From the NCBI GenBank assembly GCA_038063915.1, contig JBBTUE010000001.1:23619-87618 (forward strand): a stretch of 64,000 nucleotides of DNA, given 5' to 3'. The notes under the pieces are model-generated. The model had not been told where the DNA came from. It searched no databases and worked only from the letters and a program-made list of their open reading frames with translations. The DNA is from Patescibacteria group bacterium. Its GTDB lineage: Bacteria; Patescibacteriota; Minisyncoccia; Phycocordibacterales; UBA9973. This document shows, piece by piece, positions 8,033-17,774 of this stretch. Position 1 is the stretch's first letter. Every line of letters begins with the position of its first letter. The position numbers and the translations under genes were made by a program.

Positions 8033-8392
8033 ATGAAAACAGATACATATAAATTAAAACTACAAGAGGAGAAGAAACTACTAGAAGACGAACTAGGTTC
8101 GATCGGTAAACTTGATAAAGAAACTGGTGAATGGGAAGCAGTTCCAGAAGAGCAGACATCTCCAGAGGCAGATGAAAGTGATATGGCAGATAGAACAGAG
8201 GATTTCGGTGAGCGCTCAGCTACTACTAGCGCACTAGATGCTAGGTTTGATGATATAAATGACGCACTAACTAAAATAGAGAGTGGTATATATGGTATGT
8301 GCGAGTCTTGTGGTAAACAAATTGAAGAGGATAGATTAAATGCAAACCCTGCAGCAAGAACTTGTAAGAATTGTATAGATAAAATGATTTAA
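8033..8392 (+). CDS. DksA/TraR-family C4 zinc-finger protein
   Basis: C-terminal YGMCESCGKQIEEDRLNANPAARTCKNC (CxxC-17-CxxC) with an acidic coiled-coil N-terminus, which is DksA/TraR family architecture. Confidence 0.6.
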   Translation: MKTDTYKLKLQEEKKLLEDELGSIGKLDKETGEWEAVPEEQTSPEADESDMADRTEDFGERSATTSALDARFDDINDALTKIESGIYGMCESCGKQIEEDRLNANPAARTCKNCIDKMI

Positions 8393-8399
8393 TCAATAT

Positions 8400-9968
8400 A
8401 TGTCATTTGCAAGGACATATTCTGCGCAAACCCACTTACTGAAAGGCAAAATAGTCACGGTAGAAGTTGATATTACAAAGAACACTCTGCATGCATTTAC
8501 ACTCGTCGGCCTACCAGATAAAGCAGTAGATGAGTCGAAAGATAGAATGAGTTCAGCTCTCAAGAATTCGGGCTTCGCATCTCCTAAAAATCAGAATCAG
8601 AAAATAGTAATATCCCTGTCCCCAGCCGATCTAAAAAAAGAAGGGCCGTATTTTGATTTGGCTATTGCCCTTGCATACTTATTGTCAGCTGAGGAGATTG
8701 ACTTTGATCCAGAGGGGAGAATATTTCTAGGCGAACTATCATTAAATGGCGAGTTGCAGTCGATAAAAGGTGCACTGCCTCTAGTCCAAGAAGCAAAACG
8801 ACTTGGATATAAAGAAATTTTCTTACCAGAGCAAAATGTAAAAGAAGGAGCACTAGTCGATGGTATCTTGATATACGGCGCACGCACTCTAAAAGAAGTT
8901 ATAGATCATATTTACAAAGTCAAAAAAGATAAGAAGGGTAATCCACTAGAAAAAGAGAGGATTAAACTATCGCCGACTCCAAAAACAGAGATAATATATT
9001 CAAATAAAGAAAATTCGATAGATTTTTCTGATATCCGCGGACAAGAAGGTGCTAAACGTGGTATCGAGATTGCTGCTGCCGGTGGACACAATATCGCTAT
9101 GTCAGGACCACCTGGTACTGGCAAGACTATGCTTGCTCGAGTATTCTCCCACATACTGCCTGATCTTAATACAAATGATATTTTAGAGATTACAGGTATC
9201 CACTCTGTAGTAGGACTATTGGATAATGAGTTAGTAACAGTGGCTCCATTTCGCGCCCCGCATCATACTGCGAGCTATGTATCGATGATTGGGGGTGGGG
9301 CTACTCCGAAACCAGGTGAAGTTACTCTTGCTCACAAGGGAGTTCTTTTCTTGGACGAATTTCCGGAATTTGAAAAACGTGTTTTAGAATCTCTACGCCA
9401 ACCACTCGAAGACAATATAGTATCTATATCGCGCGCTCGAGGATCAGCAATATTCCCGTCAAATTTCATTCTGGTTGCTGCTATGAACCCTTGTCCATGT
9501 GGAAATAAAGGTAGCAAGCAAAAGGCTTGTATTTGTAAGCCTAGCGACTTAGATAGATATACTAGGAAACTCTCGGGGCCTATTATGGATCGTATTGATA
9601 TTTGGGTCACAGTTGGGGCAGTAGACTACGAAAAACTTTCAAGCGAAGAACCATCGGGAGAGAAGACATCTACTATAAAAGGTCGAGTAAAGAGAGCTCG
9701 CGACATACAAATAAAGAGATTCAAGTCTGCCCCAAGAAAAATAAATACAAATAGCGAAATGAATGTAAAAGAGCTCGCGATATATGCACCGATTACCCCT
9801 GAAATTAAAAAATTATTAAATGAATCTGCTGAGCGACTTCAACTCTCCGCTCGAGCATATCATCGCACTATCAAACTCGCCCGCACTATCGCAGATCTCG
9901 AAGGTAGCGAAGCTATAACTTCCGGCCATATCCTCGAAGCACTTCAATACAGACCGAGAAGCTCATAA
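8400..9968 (+). CDS. comM: YifB/ComM-family Mg-chelatase-like AAA+ ATPase
   Basis: N-terminal Lon-like domain, then Walker A (SGPPGTGKTM), Walker B (VLFLDEF), and the C-terminal ChlI-like helical domain. The 522-aa length is typical. Hairpin terminator at 9966-9997. Confidence 0.85.
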   Translation: MSFARTYSAQTHLLKGKIVTVEVDITKNTLHAFTLVGLPDKAVDESKDRMSSALKNSGFASPKNQNQKIVISLSPADLKKEGPYFDLAIALAYLLSAEEIDFDPEGRIFLGELSLNGELQSIKGALPLVQEAKRLGYKEIFLPEQNVKEGALVDGILIYGARTLKEVIDHIYKVKKDKKGNPLEKERIKLSPTPKTEIIYSNKENSIDFSDIRGQEGAKRGIEIAAAGGHNIAMSGPPGTGKTMLARVFSHILPDLNTNDILEITGIHSVVGLLDNELVTVAPFRAPHHTASYVSMIGGGATPKPGEVTLAHKGVLFLDEFPEFEKRVLESLRQPLEDNIVSISRARGSAIFPSNFILVAAMNPCPCGNKGSKQKACICKPSDLDRYTRKLSGPIMDRIDIWVTVGAVDYEKLSSEEPSGEKTSTIKGRVKRARDIQIKRFKSAPRKINTNSEMNVKELAIYAPITPEIKKLLNESAERLQLSARAYHRTIKLARTIADLEGSEAITSGHILEALQYRPRSS

Positions 9969-9997
9969 AAAATCCCTCGCTGTCGAGGGATTTTTTA
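9966..9997. terminator. bidirectional hairpin terminator between comM and convergent PG-binding gene
   Basis: AAAAAATCCCTCG-CTGT-CGAGGGATTTTTT. Confidence 0.75.
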
Positions 9998-10372
9998 TGA
10001 ATTGTAGAGTACTCTAATTTTTGCTCCGGCAATACCGTCTATCGGTAACCCTTTGGCTCTCTGGAATTCCTCGAGAGCTTTCTTTGTCAGTGGCCCAAAA
10101 CGACCATTAGCTTTATTCTGAGCAAGAGCGATAGCAGCAGGGCCTGTAGCTTTTTTAATTAGAAATTTCTGCAATGCGAGGACGTCACTACCGGCCATTC
10201 CAAATTTAAGATTTCTTTTGACTACTTTTCTAGACTTGGGTTTAGCTGAGTGTGGAGCAGTCTCTGGAGTGATAAGAGTCGGAGTACTAATTAATCGCTC
10301 AGCAGAAACAACAAAAGGACTGCTAATGAAAAATGAAAACATTATTAAAATTGGTATAAATTTTTTATTCAT
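9995..10372 (-). CDS. secreted peptidoglycan-binding domain (PG_binding_1) protein
   Basis: Signal peptide (MNKKFIPILIMFSFFISSPFVVSA) and C-terminal LKFGMAGSDVLALQKFL...GRFGPLTKKALEEFQRAKGLPIDGIAG (PF01471-like). Overlaps the upstream M23 gene by 8 nt. Confidence 0.6.
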   Translation of the reverse strand: MNKKFIPILIMFSFFISSPFVVSAERLISTPTLITPETAPHSAKPKSRKVVKRNLKFGMAGSDVLALQKFLIKKATGPAAIALAQNKANGRFGPLTKKALEEFQRAKGLPIDGIAGAKIRVLYNS

Positions 10373-11513
10373 TTATTTCTAAGTCTTTATCATTAATTTT
10401 AAGTCCAATATATGGGTTGCGAAGTTCTCCATGGAAACCGAGGTGAAGATGTGGGCCAGTCGATTTACCAGTTGATCCTACATAGCCGATGATGTCACCC
10501 TTCTTTACATCTTGCCCTGCAACCGCAACTACTTTACTCATATGACCAAATATCGCCTGGCGACCGTCATTAAAATCAATCACAACATACAATCCATACC
10601 CACCGTTGTAACCACTTTTATCAGCAATCAAAACATTACCATCCTGAACTGCATATATAGGAGTGCCCTTCGGTGCGGCAAAATCGTAAGCCTGGTCAGC
10701 ATGCAATCCTTGGGAAACTCGGCCTATGCCAACAGGGAATGGCCATATATAGTCTCCACTTATAGTACCTGTCGGTTGACCAGTAGGTGTATTTTCTTGT
10801 TTTGGTTCTTCAGGAATATTACTCATTGGGTTAGGAATGACAACAGGAGTACTTGGAGGTGTAACAGGTGGAAGTGGTTCAACTATTGGGGTAGTAGGAG
10901 TGAGAGCTGTGTCGTTTATTTGTTTTTCTTCTTTTTCAATAACTACTTTCTCTGTATCAACTGGTTTAGTTTTATTTTCCTTTTTAGTTTTGTCGTCTAT
11001 CGGTTTATCGGTAGCCTTTATTGCAAGAATAGTTAGTTTCTGGCCGATTTTTAGTAGGTCGCTTTTCTTTAGGTCAGCATTTGAGGCAATAATGGTGCTT
11101 TTAGGGACTTTAAGCCTATTACTTATACCTTCTAGTGTGTCTCCTTTTTTAACAATATAAGTCGTAATTTTAACAGATGAGTCATATTTTTCAAGCTCAG
11201 AATCAACTCCGAGTGCACCATTGTTGGATAGGAGTGCTTCATTTAGTGCTATAACTGGGGGTTCATCTTTAATATTTTTAAGATCGGGGTTAATCGAAGA
11301 CTCTAGAAGGGGTACATTTTGAGAGTTGTGAATTATACTTTCTTCCTCATTAGGTATCTCTGAAGCTTGAGTTTCTGGGCCAACTATCTTGGTAATTAAG
11401 TTAGAGAAAAAGCCAGCATTTGTATGACTTGGCTTCATTAATATATATATAAATATAAATGCAAACAAACAGACCTTTAGCATTAAAGGCTTGATAAATA
11501 AGGATATTTTCAT
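10365..11513 (-). CDS. LysM-domain M23-family peptidoglycan endopeptidase
   Basis: LysM (YIVKKGDTLEGISNRLKVPKSTIIASNADLKKSDLLKIGQKLTIL) plus an M23 core (GYNGGYGLYVVIDFNDGRQAIFGHM...GDIIGYVGSTGKSTGPHLHLGF). Start is probably MKISLF at 11513 (signal peptide) rather than the track start at 11591. Confidence 0.75.
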   Translation of the reverse strand: MKISLFIKPLMLKVCLFAFIFIYILMKPSHTNAGFFSNLITKIVGPETQASEIPNEEESIIHNSQNVPLLESSINPDLKNIKDEPPVIALNEALLSNNGALGVDSELEKYDSSVKITTYIVKKGDTLEGISNRLKVPKSTIIASNADLKKSDLLKIGQKLTILAIKATDKPIDDKTKKENKTKPVDTEKVVIEKEEKQINDTALTPTTPIVEPLPPVTPPSTPVVIPNPMSNIPEEPKQENTPTGQPTGTISGDYIWPFPVGIGRVSQGLHADQAYDFAAPKGTPIYAVQDGNVLIADKSGYNGGYGLYVVIDFNDGRQAIFGHMSKVVAVAGQDVKKGDIIGYVGSTGKSTGPHLHLGFHGELRNPYIGLKINDKDLEINE

Positions 11514-11847
11514 CTTATGGTTATTTGGGCAACCAAAATCACCATTAGAATCTTTTGTTTTGAGTAAAATAAGCCTAAATAAATTAACCACACTATATCA
11601 CCCCCTTTGGGAATTACAGTACGACCGCGTGAGCGAGGGCTGTAATTGTATAAGTAATGTTAGTGTGATTGCTACGATCGTCTCGGAGTGGCCGTAAAAT
11701 ATGGCTTTTACATTCTTTTCGGTAGTTTGGGACTGGATTAGTCCTTATTTACAAGGGTAGCCCAGATGGGGCAGTTAGTCAACGGAGTAATACACAGGAC
11801 CACTTGGAGACTGTTTCTACCCTTATAGTACAACACAGATTTAGGAT

Positions 11848-11877
11848 TTGACAAGTGGGGTAGGTGTGTTGTATAAT
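11848..11877 (+). promoter_or_regulatory. consensus sigma70 promoter (TTGACA-18 nt-TATAAT) for the giant-gene pair
   Basis: TTGACAagtggggtaggtgtgttgTATAAT. The first ATG downstream (11885) is 7 nt after the -10 box. Confidence 0.55.
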
Positions 11878-11884
11878 GGAACAC

Positions 11885-14473
11885 ATGTCAGGACAACCAT
11901 GGAAAGAAGTTCTACGTGCAATCACTTCAAACGGGGGTGGTGGCAATTCTAATGAAGATAACAAAATAAGTAAACAAGAAAGGAAAGCGAGGGAAAAGGC
12001 AGAAAAAAAGTCTGTTCCTGCCCTACAAAACAAAGCTAGAGAAAAAAGATATCCTGTTGTTAATATTGAAACTGGAGGCGATCTAAACGTAGATAGTCCT
12101 CTTATTGAGCTAAGGGAGGTTGGAGACTACAACTCGATTTTGTTGGATGCTAATCCGGGGAAGAAAAAGAAGTCTGAACATTTAGGCAAGTTTAGCCCTG
12201 AAGAAAAGAAGGAGAAAAAATATATTAGATCAGGGGAGTATATGGAGCACTTAAAATCGAAAGTTTTTATGGATCCAGGCCATGCAAGAATGGCAGAGAA
12301 AACTCTGGACTATCTTGGAAAAAAGACATTCACTAAAGAATTAGTAGAAAAGTTATTCAGTGGGTACCCTGATGAGTCTACAGGGACAAGTAATAATGAT
12401 ATAATAAAGAAACGGAACATGCCTGGAAAAAATGAACTCAAAAGTAATGTTGTTGTAGAAAAAAAAGCACCTAATGCTGAAGATTTGAAGTTGCAGAATG
12501 AAATATATAGAGAAGCCGATTATTGGAGAGACATATTGAAAAGAAAATCTGGTGATAAGAAAAGGGATGAGAGGAATATGAGAGAGATGGAGACTTTCGA
12601 ACGTAGCCCTTATGGCTGGATGAAAGAAGCACTCACAAATGCTATTAATAAAAATAAAGCATTACTATCTGGTACTACTGATACTCGTGAACGACAAAGA
12701 ATAGATGAAAAGATTAGGATAAACACAGAAAGTTTAAATAATATTGATCACGCTTTTGAAAAGAATTTACCGCTGAAATTAGACAGGAAATTCACCCCAA
12801 ACGAAATGCCTCTAGGTAAAGACACGATATTCAAAGTGGGTGATTGGACAAAAGAAATAAATGACTATGTTGATGGAAAAAGCTCAAAATACTCTATAGA
12901 AGGGGTAGTTCAACGTCGGAATGACGACTTTATAGTTTTAAAAAATGACAAAGGGGAAACTGTTGAGATAAATCTCTGGGACTTGGCAGATGGAGTAAGG
13001 GAAAATCTCCCAGGGAAAAATGAAGGTGGAAAAGAAAAACAAAGTAAGTTTGAAGAAATAAAAAAAGGGTCTGTAGTTAAAGTTAGAACAGGTGGAGTAA
13101 AAGGCCCCGTGACTACCTACGAAATCTTAGATATTAAAGACGGTAAAGTTTTCTTTAAGAACCTGACAAAAAAACACGGAGGTAGTATGAATATGTCTAT
13201 AGAAGGCATGCAGGCTTTCCTTTCTGGTAGTGGTACAGAATTCCTAGTAGAAGAAAAAAAGGTTTTCGAGAAAGCAAAAGATCCTGTGGTTGAAAATAAG
13301 ACTATCCCAAAACCAAAGCAAACTGTCCCTGAGACTAAACCAGTCGTTATCGGAAGTGTAGATGATGTAAAAAGAATAGATAATGACCTTGGTTATGTTA
13401 ATGCTGCAGTCTTAACGAGAGAACTGAAGATTGATAGAAATAAGGCAGAGGAGTTATACAGAGAGTACATGGCAGGCAAGCCAAATGAGGCGACAGATAA
13501 TAAGACAAAAAAGAAGCCAGGAAAAGGTAAGGTGGAGAAAACTCCTGAAACTAAAACGGCTACGACCGAAGAAAAAACTGACAAAAAGGAAGAGAAAAAG
13601 AAGGCGGAGAAAAAAGAGAAGATCGTAGGACTAAGTGAAGAGAAAATGACAGAGATACTTGGATACACAAAGTCTGTAATGGAAAAGTGGAAAGCTGAAA
13701 AAGCACAAGATGATATTGAAAGACAAAAAGAGGAAGCGGAGGAAAAACAAGACGATGCAGAAAGGCAAAAAGAGCTTTATGAAATAAAAGCTGGTGAAGA
13801 AAAGCTAGCAGAACTCATGAAACTCCGAGAAAAACTCGTCGCTGAAGAAGGATTAAAAGAGAAACCGGAGGAAAATATTAATATAAGAGAGAGATTGGCC
13901 GACAATATTGCGCTACTAAAAGCAAATAAAAAGAGAGCCGAGGACGAACTGGCAAACACAAGTGGGCTCAGACTTTTAAAGGTGCTCGGACTCAATAAAT
14001 CAATAAAAAGAGCGAGAGTAGAATTATTGAGAATGGAAAAAATGGATCTTGAGCTCGATAAAAAAGAAAAACCACTACTCTACTATGCGGCCAGCAGAAT
14101 TACAAACGACTATGTACTACAAGAACTCCGAAATAAAGACCTGGGTGAAGTTATTGATTTGCGTCGTCTAAAAAACACCAATGAATACGAATGTAAAACC
14201 AAATATTTACATGGGACTAGAGAGAATGAAGGATTTTATGAATTCAACCCATTTGGGTTTGTAAAAGTTATAAAGAATGTAAAAGAAATACGCGACGATA
14301 AGGGAGTCAATATAGATTCAGAAGATGCTATATATAAAATACTGAGTCCAGATTTTAAGGTTATCGCCAATGACATAAAGGGGTACACCGAGGCGACGAG
14401 GCTTTATAATCAAGCAACTGAACAATATAAAATGAGGGTCGAAGAAAGATTCAACCAATTAAATAAGAAATAA
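11885..14473 (+). CDS. giant K/E-rich hypothetical protein (no TM predicted)
   Basis: Approx. 860 aa, extremely charged and lysine/glutamate-rich with long predicted coiled coils (KEEKKKAEKKEKIVGL..., ERQKEEAEEKQDDAERQKELYEIKAGEEKLAELMKLREKL). A consensus sigma70 promoter (11848-11877) overlaps the track start at 11864; the first ATG after the -10 box is at 11885. Confidence 0.5.
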   Translation: MSGQPWKEVLRAITSNGGGGNSNEDNKISKQERKAREKAEKKSVPALQNKAREKRYPVVNIETGGDLNVDSPLIELREVGDYNSILLDANPGKKKKSEHLGKFSPEEKKEKKYIRSGEYMEHLKSKVFMDPGHARMAEKTLDYLGKKTFTKELVEKLFSGYPDESTGTSNNDIIKKRNMPGKNELKSNVVVEKKAPNAEDLKLQNEIYREADYWRDILKRKSGDKKRDERNMREMETFERSPYGWMKEALTNAINKNKALLSGTTDTRERQRIDEKIRINTESLNNIDHAFEKNLPLKLDRKFTPNEMPLGKDTIFKVGDWTKEINDYVDGKSSKYSIEGVVQRRNDDFIVLKNDKGETVEINLWDLADGVRENLPGKNEGGKEKQSKFEEIKKGSVVKVRTGGVKGPVTTYEILDIKDGKVFFKNLTKKHGGSMNMSIEGMQAFLSGSGTEFLVEEKKVFEKAKDPVVENKTIPKPKQTVPETKPVVIGSVDDVKRIDNDLGYVNAAVLTRELKIDRNKAEELYREYMAGKPNEATDNKTKKKPGKGKVEKTPETKTATTEEKTDKKEEKKKAEKKEKIVGLSEEKMTEILGYTKSVMEKWKAEKAQDDIERQKEEAEEKQDDAERQKELYEIKAGEEKLAELMKLREKLVAEEGLKEKPEENINIRERLADNIALLKANKKRAEDELANTSGLRLLKVLGLNKSIKRARVELLRMEKMDLELDKKEKPLLYYAASRITNDYVLQELRNKDLGEVIDLRRLKNTNEYECKTKYLHGTRENEGFYEFNPFGFVKVIKNVKEIRDDKGVNIDSEDAIYKILSPDFKVIANDIKGYTEATRLYNQATEQYKMRVEERFNQLNKK

Positions 14474-14476
14474 TAT

Positions 14477-17395
14477 ATGAACAGAGAATCAATGCCTACA
14501 ACCTTAGCCGAAGTTGATAAACTTATAGCTGAAACCCAAAGCAAACTCGAGGCTGATACAAAGACGTACGAGGCTAATGAAAAAGCAAGAGATGCAAGAG
14601 GAGCAACTAGGGAAGCCAACGAAAAAATCAGAACCGAAAAAGAAGCCTCACAGGAGACAGAAAAAGAAGCGACCATAGATAGAGTCATTGCAGAAGGCGC
14701 TACAAAAGAACAGGCAAATGCTGTGCGTGAGAGTCTGGGTATGGAAGAAGATTTGAGAACTCCAGAGCAAAAAGTCAACGACGCGCGTAATAAATTTATA
14801 AAAGAATCTTTAAAACTTCGAGAGGAAACTCGTAAACGGACAAAAATAGCAAAAATAAAGAACTCAATTCTAAATGTATTCAGAAGTGATAATAAACAGA
14901 AGATCGCTCCTGAAGGAGTTTACCCTACCGAAAAACACAAGGAGGCAAAAAAGTCATACGATAGAGCCAAGACTGAGATGTATAATGACATGCTCAATAA
15001 AAAACGGATAGAACTAAAAGCGACTGGACTAAGTGGTAAGAAATTAGAAAAAGCTCTAACTGAGTACAAAACTACAGAAATAATACTCAAGACTATGCCA
15101 GAAGAACGTCAAAAAATAATTGACGCTAAAGTAGAGAAACCTGCTTTGTGGAAAAAGCTCGTGAGAGGCTATATGAGTATAAAGCCAAAATGGAAAAGGG
15201 TAGCACTCAGTACCGCACTATTCTTGGCACCAGCTGCTGCTGGAGCGATAGGATCTGCAGCTGCACTTTATTCACTTGGAGGATTGGCAGCTATTAAATT
15301 TGGTAGAAGTATGGCCATAGGTGGAATCAGCGCGACACTCGTCAAAGGAATAGATTGGTTGAAACGAGGTAAGGATGCAGAATTCAAAAGACAACAGGAG
15401 ATAAAAACAGCACAACTACAAGGAGAATTCGCAAAAGGTGAGATGACGGTGGAGCAGTTGGAAAAATATGAGAGTGGATCTGAAAGTATCGAAGATGCAA
15501 GTAGAAAGAGGTTGCGTAATCGTATGATACTTAAAATGAGTGTGGGTATTGCTATTGGTGCTGGAGCGGGTGCCTTATCCCACTTTGCTATGGATGGAGG
15601 AGGGCATCATGATGCGATACAACCTGACAATGGTACAGTTACACCAGATGGACCGGAAGTAAATACAAATATTCATAATGTAGTAGAAGCTGATGTCCTA
15701 AAAGGTCATGGAGCAATCCAGACAATATCTGAACTTCAAGATAAACTGAGAGCAGAATATCCAGATGTAACTCAAGCTCCGCCGAGCGTACAACATATAT
15801 TAAGCATGAAAGCTGATCGACTTGCTATCGAGTACGGCATGTTCAAGCCGGGAGATGATGCAGAAAGTGCAATTATGAAACTCGGTTCGAAGTTTGAAGT
15901 AGACACAGACGGAAATGTATCCTTCCACCAAGAAGGAACTACTACTCTATTAGAACAAGGAACTGACTCAGATGTCAGTCAAGTATATGGAGGTAGGATG
16001 ATTGATGGCGACCACTCTGGAAGAGTAGATGTAGATCGAGACCTTCAATCAGAATATGAGAAGATGCACCCACAGACAAATCCAGAAGGAGTAAAAACTT
16101 CTGATATGACTACTGAAGAATACAAACTGGCTCACCCACAAACAGATCCAGACGCACTACCAGAAGGAGTTAAGGTTTCCGACTTACCAGATGAATACAA
16201 ATCAACTCATCCATATTTAGATGAAAATACTCAGACACCCACTGAAGCTTCAACAACTCCAAAAATAGATGAGATAAAGACTAACCCACCAATTGAACCA
16301 TTAAAGGGCAACTGGAACACTGGTAATGAAGGCGTGATTCGTCCTCTGCAAGGCGACTTCAACATTGGAGGAGCAAGTACGCTCGGCACAGTAGGAGTCG
16401 GTCCATCAAATACTAGCGAGATGATCGATAACGGATTCACAAAAGAAGTACCAATGACAAACGTCGCTTCAAATGAAATTCTAGCCAGTCAGAAAATAGA
16501 TAATATAATAAACGTTGAACACGGTCCGAAGAATATAGATATTGACCGTATAGAAAAAGATGTTAGACACTTGGAAACTGTGAAGGATGTGAGGGAAACA
16601 TTTGGCCGTTCAAATGTAGTTATAGACAAGCCAGACGACAACACTATAGATGGAATAAAATACGATGAATGGAATAAATCTGTAAATGACACATTTGAAG
16701 ATCATAATGTGAAATTTACTTCGTACGAAGACTATAACAAGGAACGTGAATTGCAAGGACTCTTTGGCGAAAGCAATAAAGCAGTAGAATATACAGACGG
16801 CAAAAACGAGAACGTCATAACAACGACATATTTCCGCGACCCAGTTGCTCACCCTGAGTGGAATACTATAAGTAAAATCCCAGCTAAAAACTTCTTTGAA
16901 GACAATATCAACGAGACTACTAAACTAGTAGACGGAACTACTATATCAAAGGAGAACCTTGACCAACTAGTAGAAAAAGGAGTCTTAAATGATAATTATA
17001 AATTTACTCACCACGACGAGCTTGAACGTCTATCGAAAACCTATGAAAAGTTAGTTCCTAAAATTGAAGAAGCTCTTGCGAATGACAAACCGATTGGTAA
17101 CGAGACAATGGAGTCTTATATAGAACGTATTACTAAGAAAGTTTACCAAGCAGATGATGGAACACTCTATGGAGTCAAAGGCAACGTAAACTGGGACAAT
17201 CAAATTGCAAGATCTATAAACACAAGTCAAAATATATCCAATTATAGTGGTAATACCCCGACTACTAGCATCGCCCCTGGATATGGCCTATGGCAGACAA
17301 GTAGTGAATACAACAGGCAGATAACCAGTGATGTACTTAGGAGAGTTTTAGGATATAATGACATGACAACTGTAGTCCGTAATCCATTCAGATAA
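14477..17395 (+). CDS. giant hypothetical membrane protein with internal short repeats
   Basis: 972 aa. Charged coiled-coil N-terminal 240 aa, predicted TM segments (ALSTALFLAPAAAGAIGSAAALYSLGGLAAI; MSVGIAIGAGAGALSHFAM), and a C-terminal ~600 aa with three HPQT(N/D)P...EGVK(T/V)SD repeats. It starts 4 nt after the previous giant gene. Confidence 0.5.
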   Translation: MNRESMPTTLAEVDKLIAETQSKLEADTKTYEANEKARDARGATREANEKIRTEKEASQETEKEATIDRVIAEGATKEQANAVRESLGMEEDLRTPEQKVNDARNKFIKESLKLREETRKRTKIAKIKNSILNVFRSDNKQKIAPEGVYPTEKHKEAKKSYDRAKTEMYNDMLNKKRIELKATGLSGKKLEKALTEYKTTEIILKTMPEERQKIIDAKVEKPALWKKLVRGYMSIKPKWKRVALSTALFLAPAAAGAIGSAAALYSLGGLAAIKFGRSMAIGGISATLVKGIDWLKRGKDAEFKRQQEIKTAQLQGEFAKGEMTVEQLEKYESGSESIEDASRKRLRNRMILKMSVGIAIGAGAGALSHFAMDGGGHHDAIQPDNGTVTPDGPEVNTNIHNVVEADVLKGHGAIQTISELQDKLRAEYPDVTQAPPSVQHILSMKADRLAIEYGMFKPGDDAESAIMKLGSKFEVDTDGNVSFHQEGTTTLLEQGTDSDVSQVYGGRMIDGDHSGRVDVDRDLQSEYEKMHPQTNPEGVKTSDMTTEEYKLAHPQTDPDALPEGVKVSDLPDEYKSTHPYLDENTQTPTEASTTPKIDEIKTNPPIEPLKGNWNTGNEGVIRPLQGDFNIGGASTLGTVGVGPSNTSEMIDNGFTKEVPMTNVASNEILASQKIDNIINVEHGPKNIDIDRIEKDVRHLETVKDVRETFGRSNVVIDKPDDNTIDGIKYDEWNKSVNDTFEDHNVKFTSYEDYNKERELQGLFGESNKAVEYTDGKNENVITTTYFRDPVAHPEWNTISKIPAKNFFEDNINETTKLVDGTTISKENLDQLVEKGVLNDNYKFTHHDELERLSKTYEKLVPKIEEALANDKPIGNETMESYIERITKKVYQADDGTLYGVKGNVNWDNQIARSINTSQNISNYSGNTPTTSIAPGYGLWQTSSEYNRQITSDVLRRVLGYNDMTTVVRNPFR

Positions 17396-17432
17396 ATTAG
17401 GATAGATATTATTAATTAATAGTAATAAAATT

Positions 17433-17747
17433 ATGTTTACAGAAATAAACGACAATATAATAAAAACTTTAGGGATAGATGCTCTACCTGTTGAAAAACA
17501 AAAAGAAGCAATGGAGAAATTGGGGGCAATAGTCTACCAAGAAGTTATGCTTCGCGTACTTGATATCATGAATGATGAAGACAAAGATGCTTTCGAGAAA
17601 TTAATAGAGAAAAACCCTGATCCAGAGATAATGTTCACATATCTGTCCGAGAAAGTACCGACTATTGATGCAATTGTGTCCGAGGAAGCTGAGAAATTAC
17701 GGGCAGAGAGTGCAGAAATAATGAGTGAAATAGGTAAAGAAGAATAA
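17433..17747 (+). CDS. small acidic alpha-helical protein (resembles CPR-restricted DUF5663-type small proteins; from memory, unverified)
   Basis: 104-aa ORF: MFTEINDNIIKTLGIDALPVEKQKEAMEKLGAIVYQEVMLRVLDIMNDEDKDAFEKLIEK.... Confidence 0.35.
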   Translation: MFTEINDNIIKTLGIDALPVEKQKEAMEKLGAIVYQEVMLRVLDIMNDEDKDAFEKLIEKNPDPEIMFTYLSEKVPTIDAIVSEEAEKLRAESAEIMSEIGKEE

Positions 17748-17774
17748 TTTGGAAAAATGTTACAATAGGCTCTT

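Noticed and set aside
8090-8110. GGTTCGATC T-loop-like string suggesting a tRNA
   Set aside because: It lies inside the DksA/TraR-family CDS, with no acceptor or anticodon arms.
10512-11160. Plus-strand ORFs of 174 and 107 aa
   Set aside because: They are antisense and internal to the LysM-M23 peptidase gene, and hydrophobic or low-complexity.
13431-13628. 65-aa Lys/Arg-rich ORF (…KRKRRRRKKRRS)
   Set aside because: It lies in an alternative frame of the purine-rich (AAG/GAA) coding sequence of the 869-aa gene and is an artefact of codon bias.
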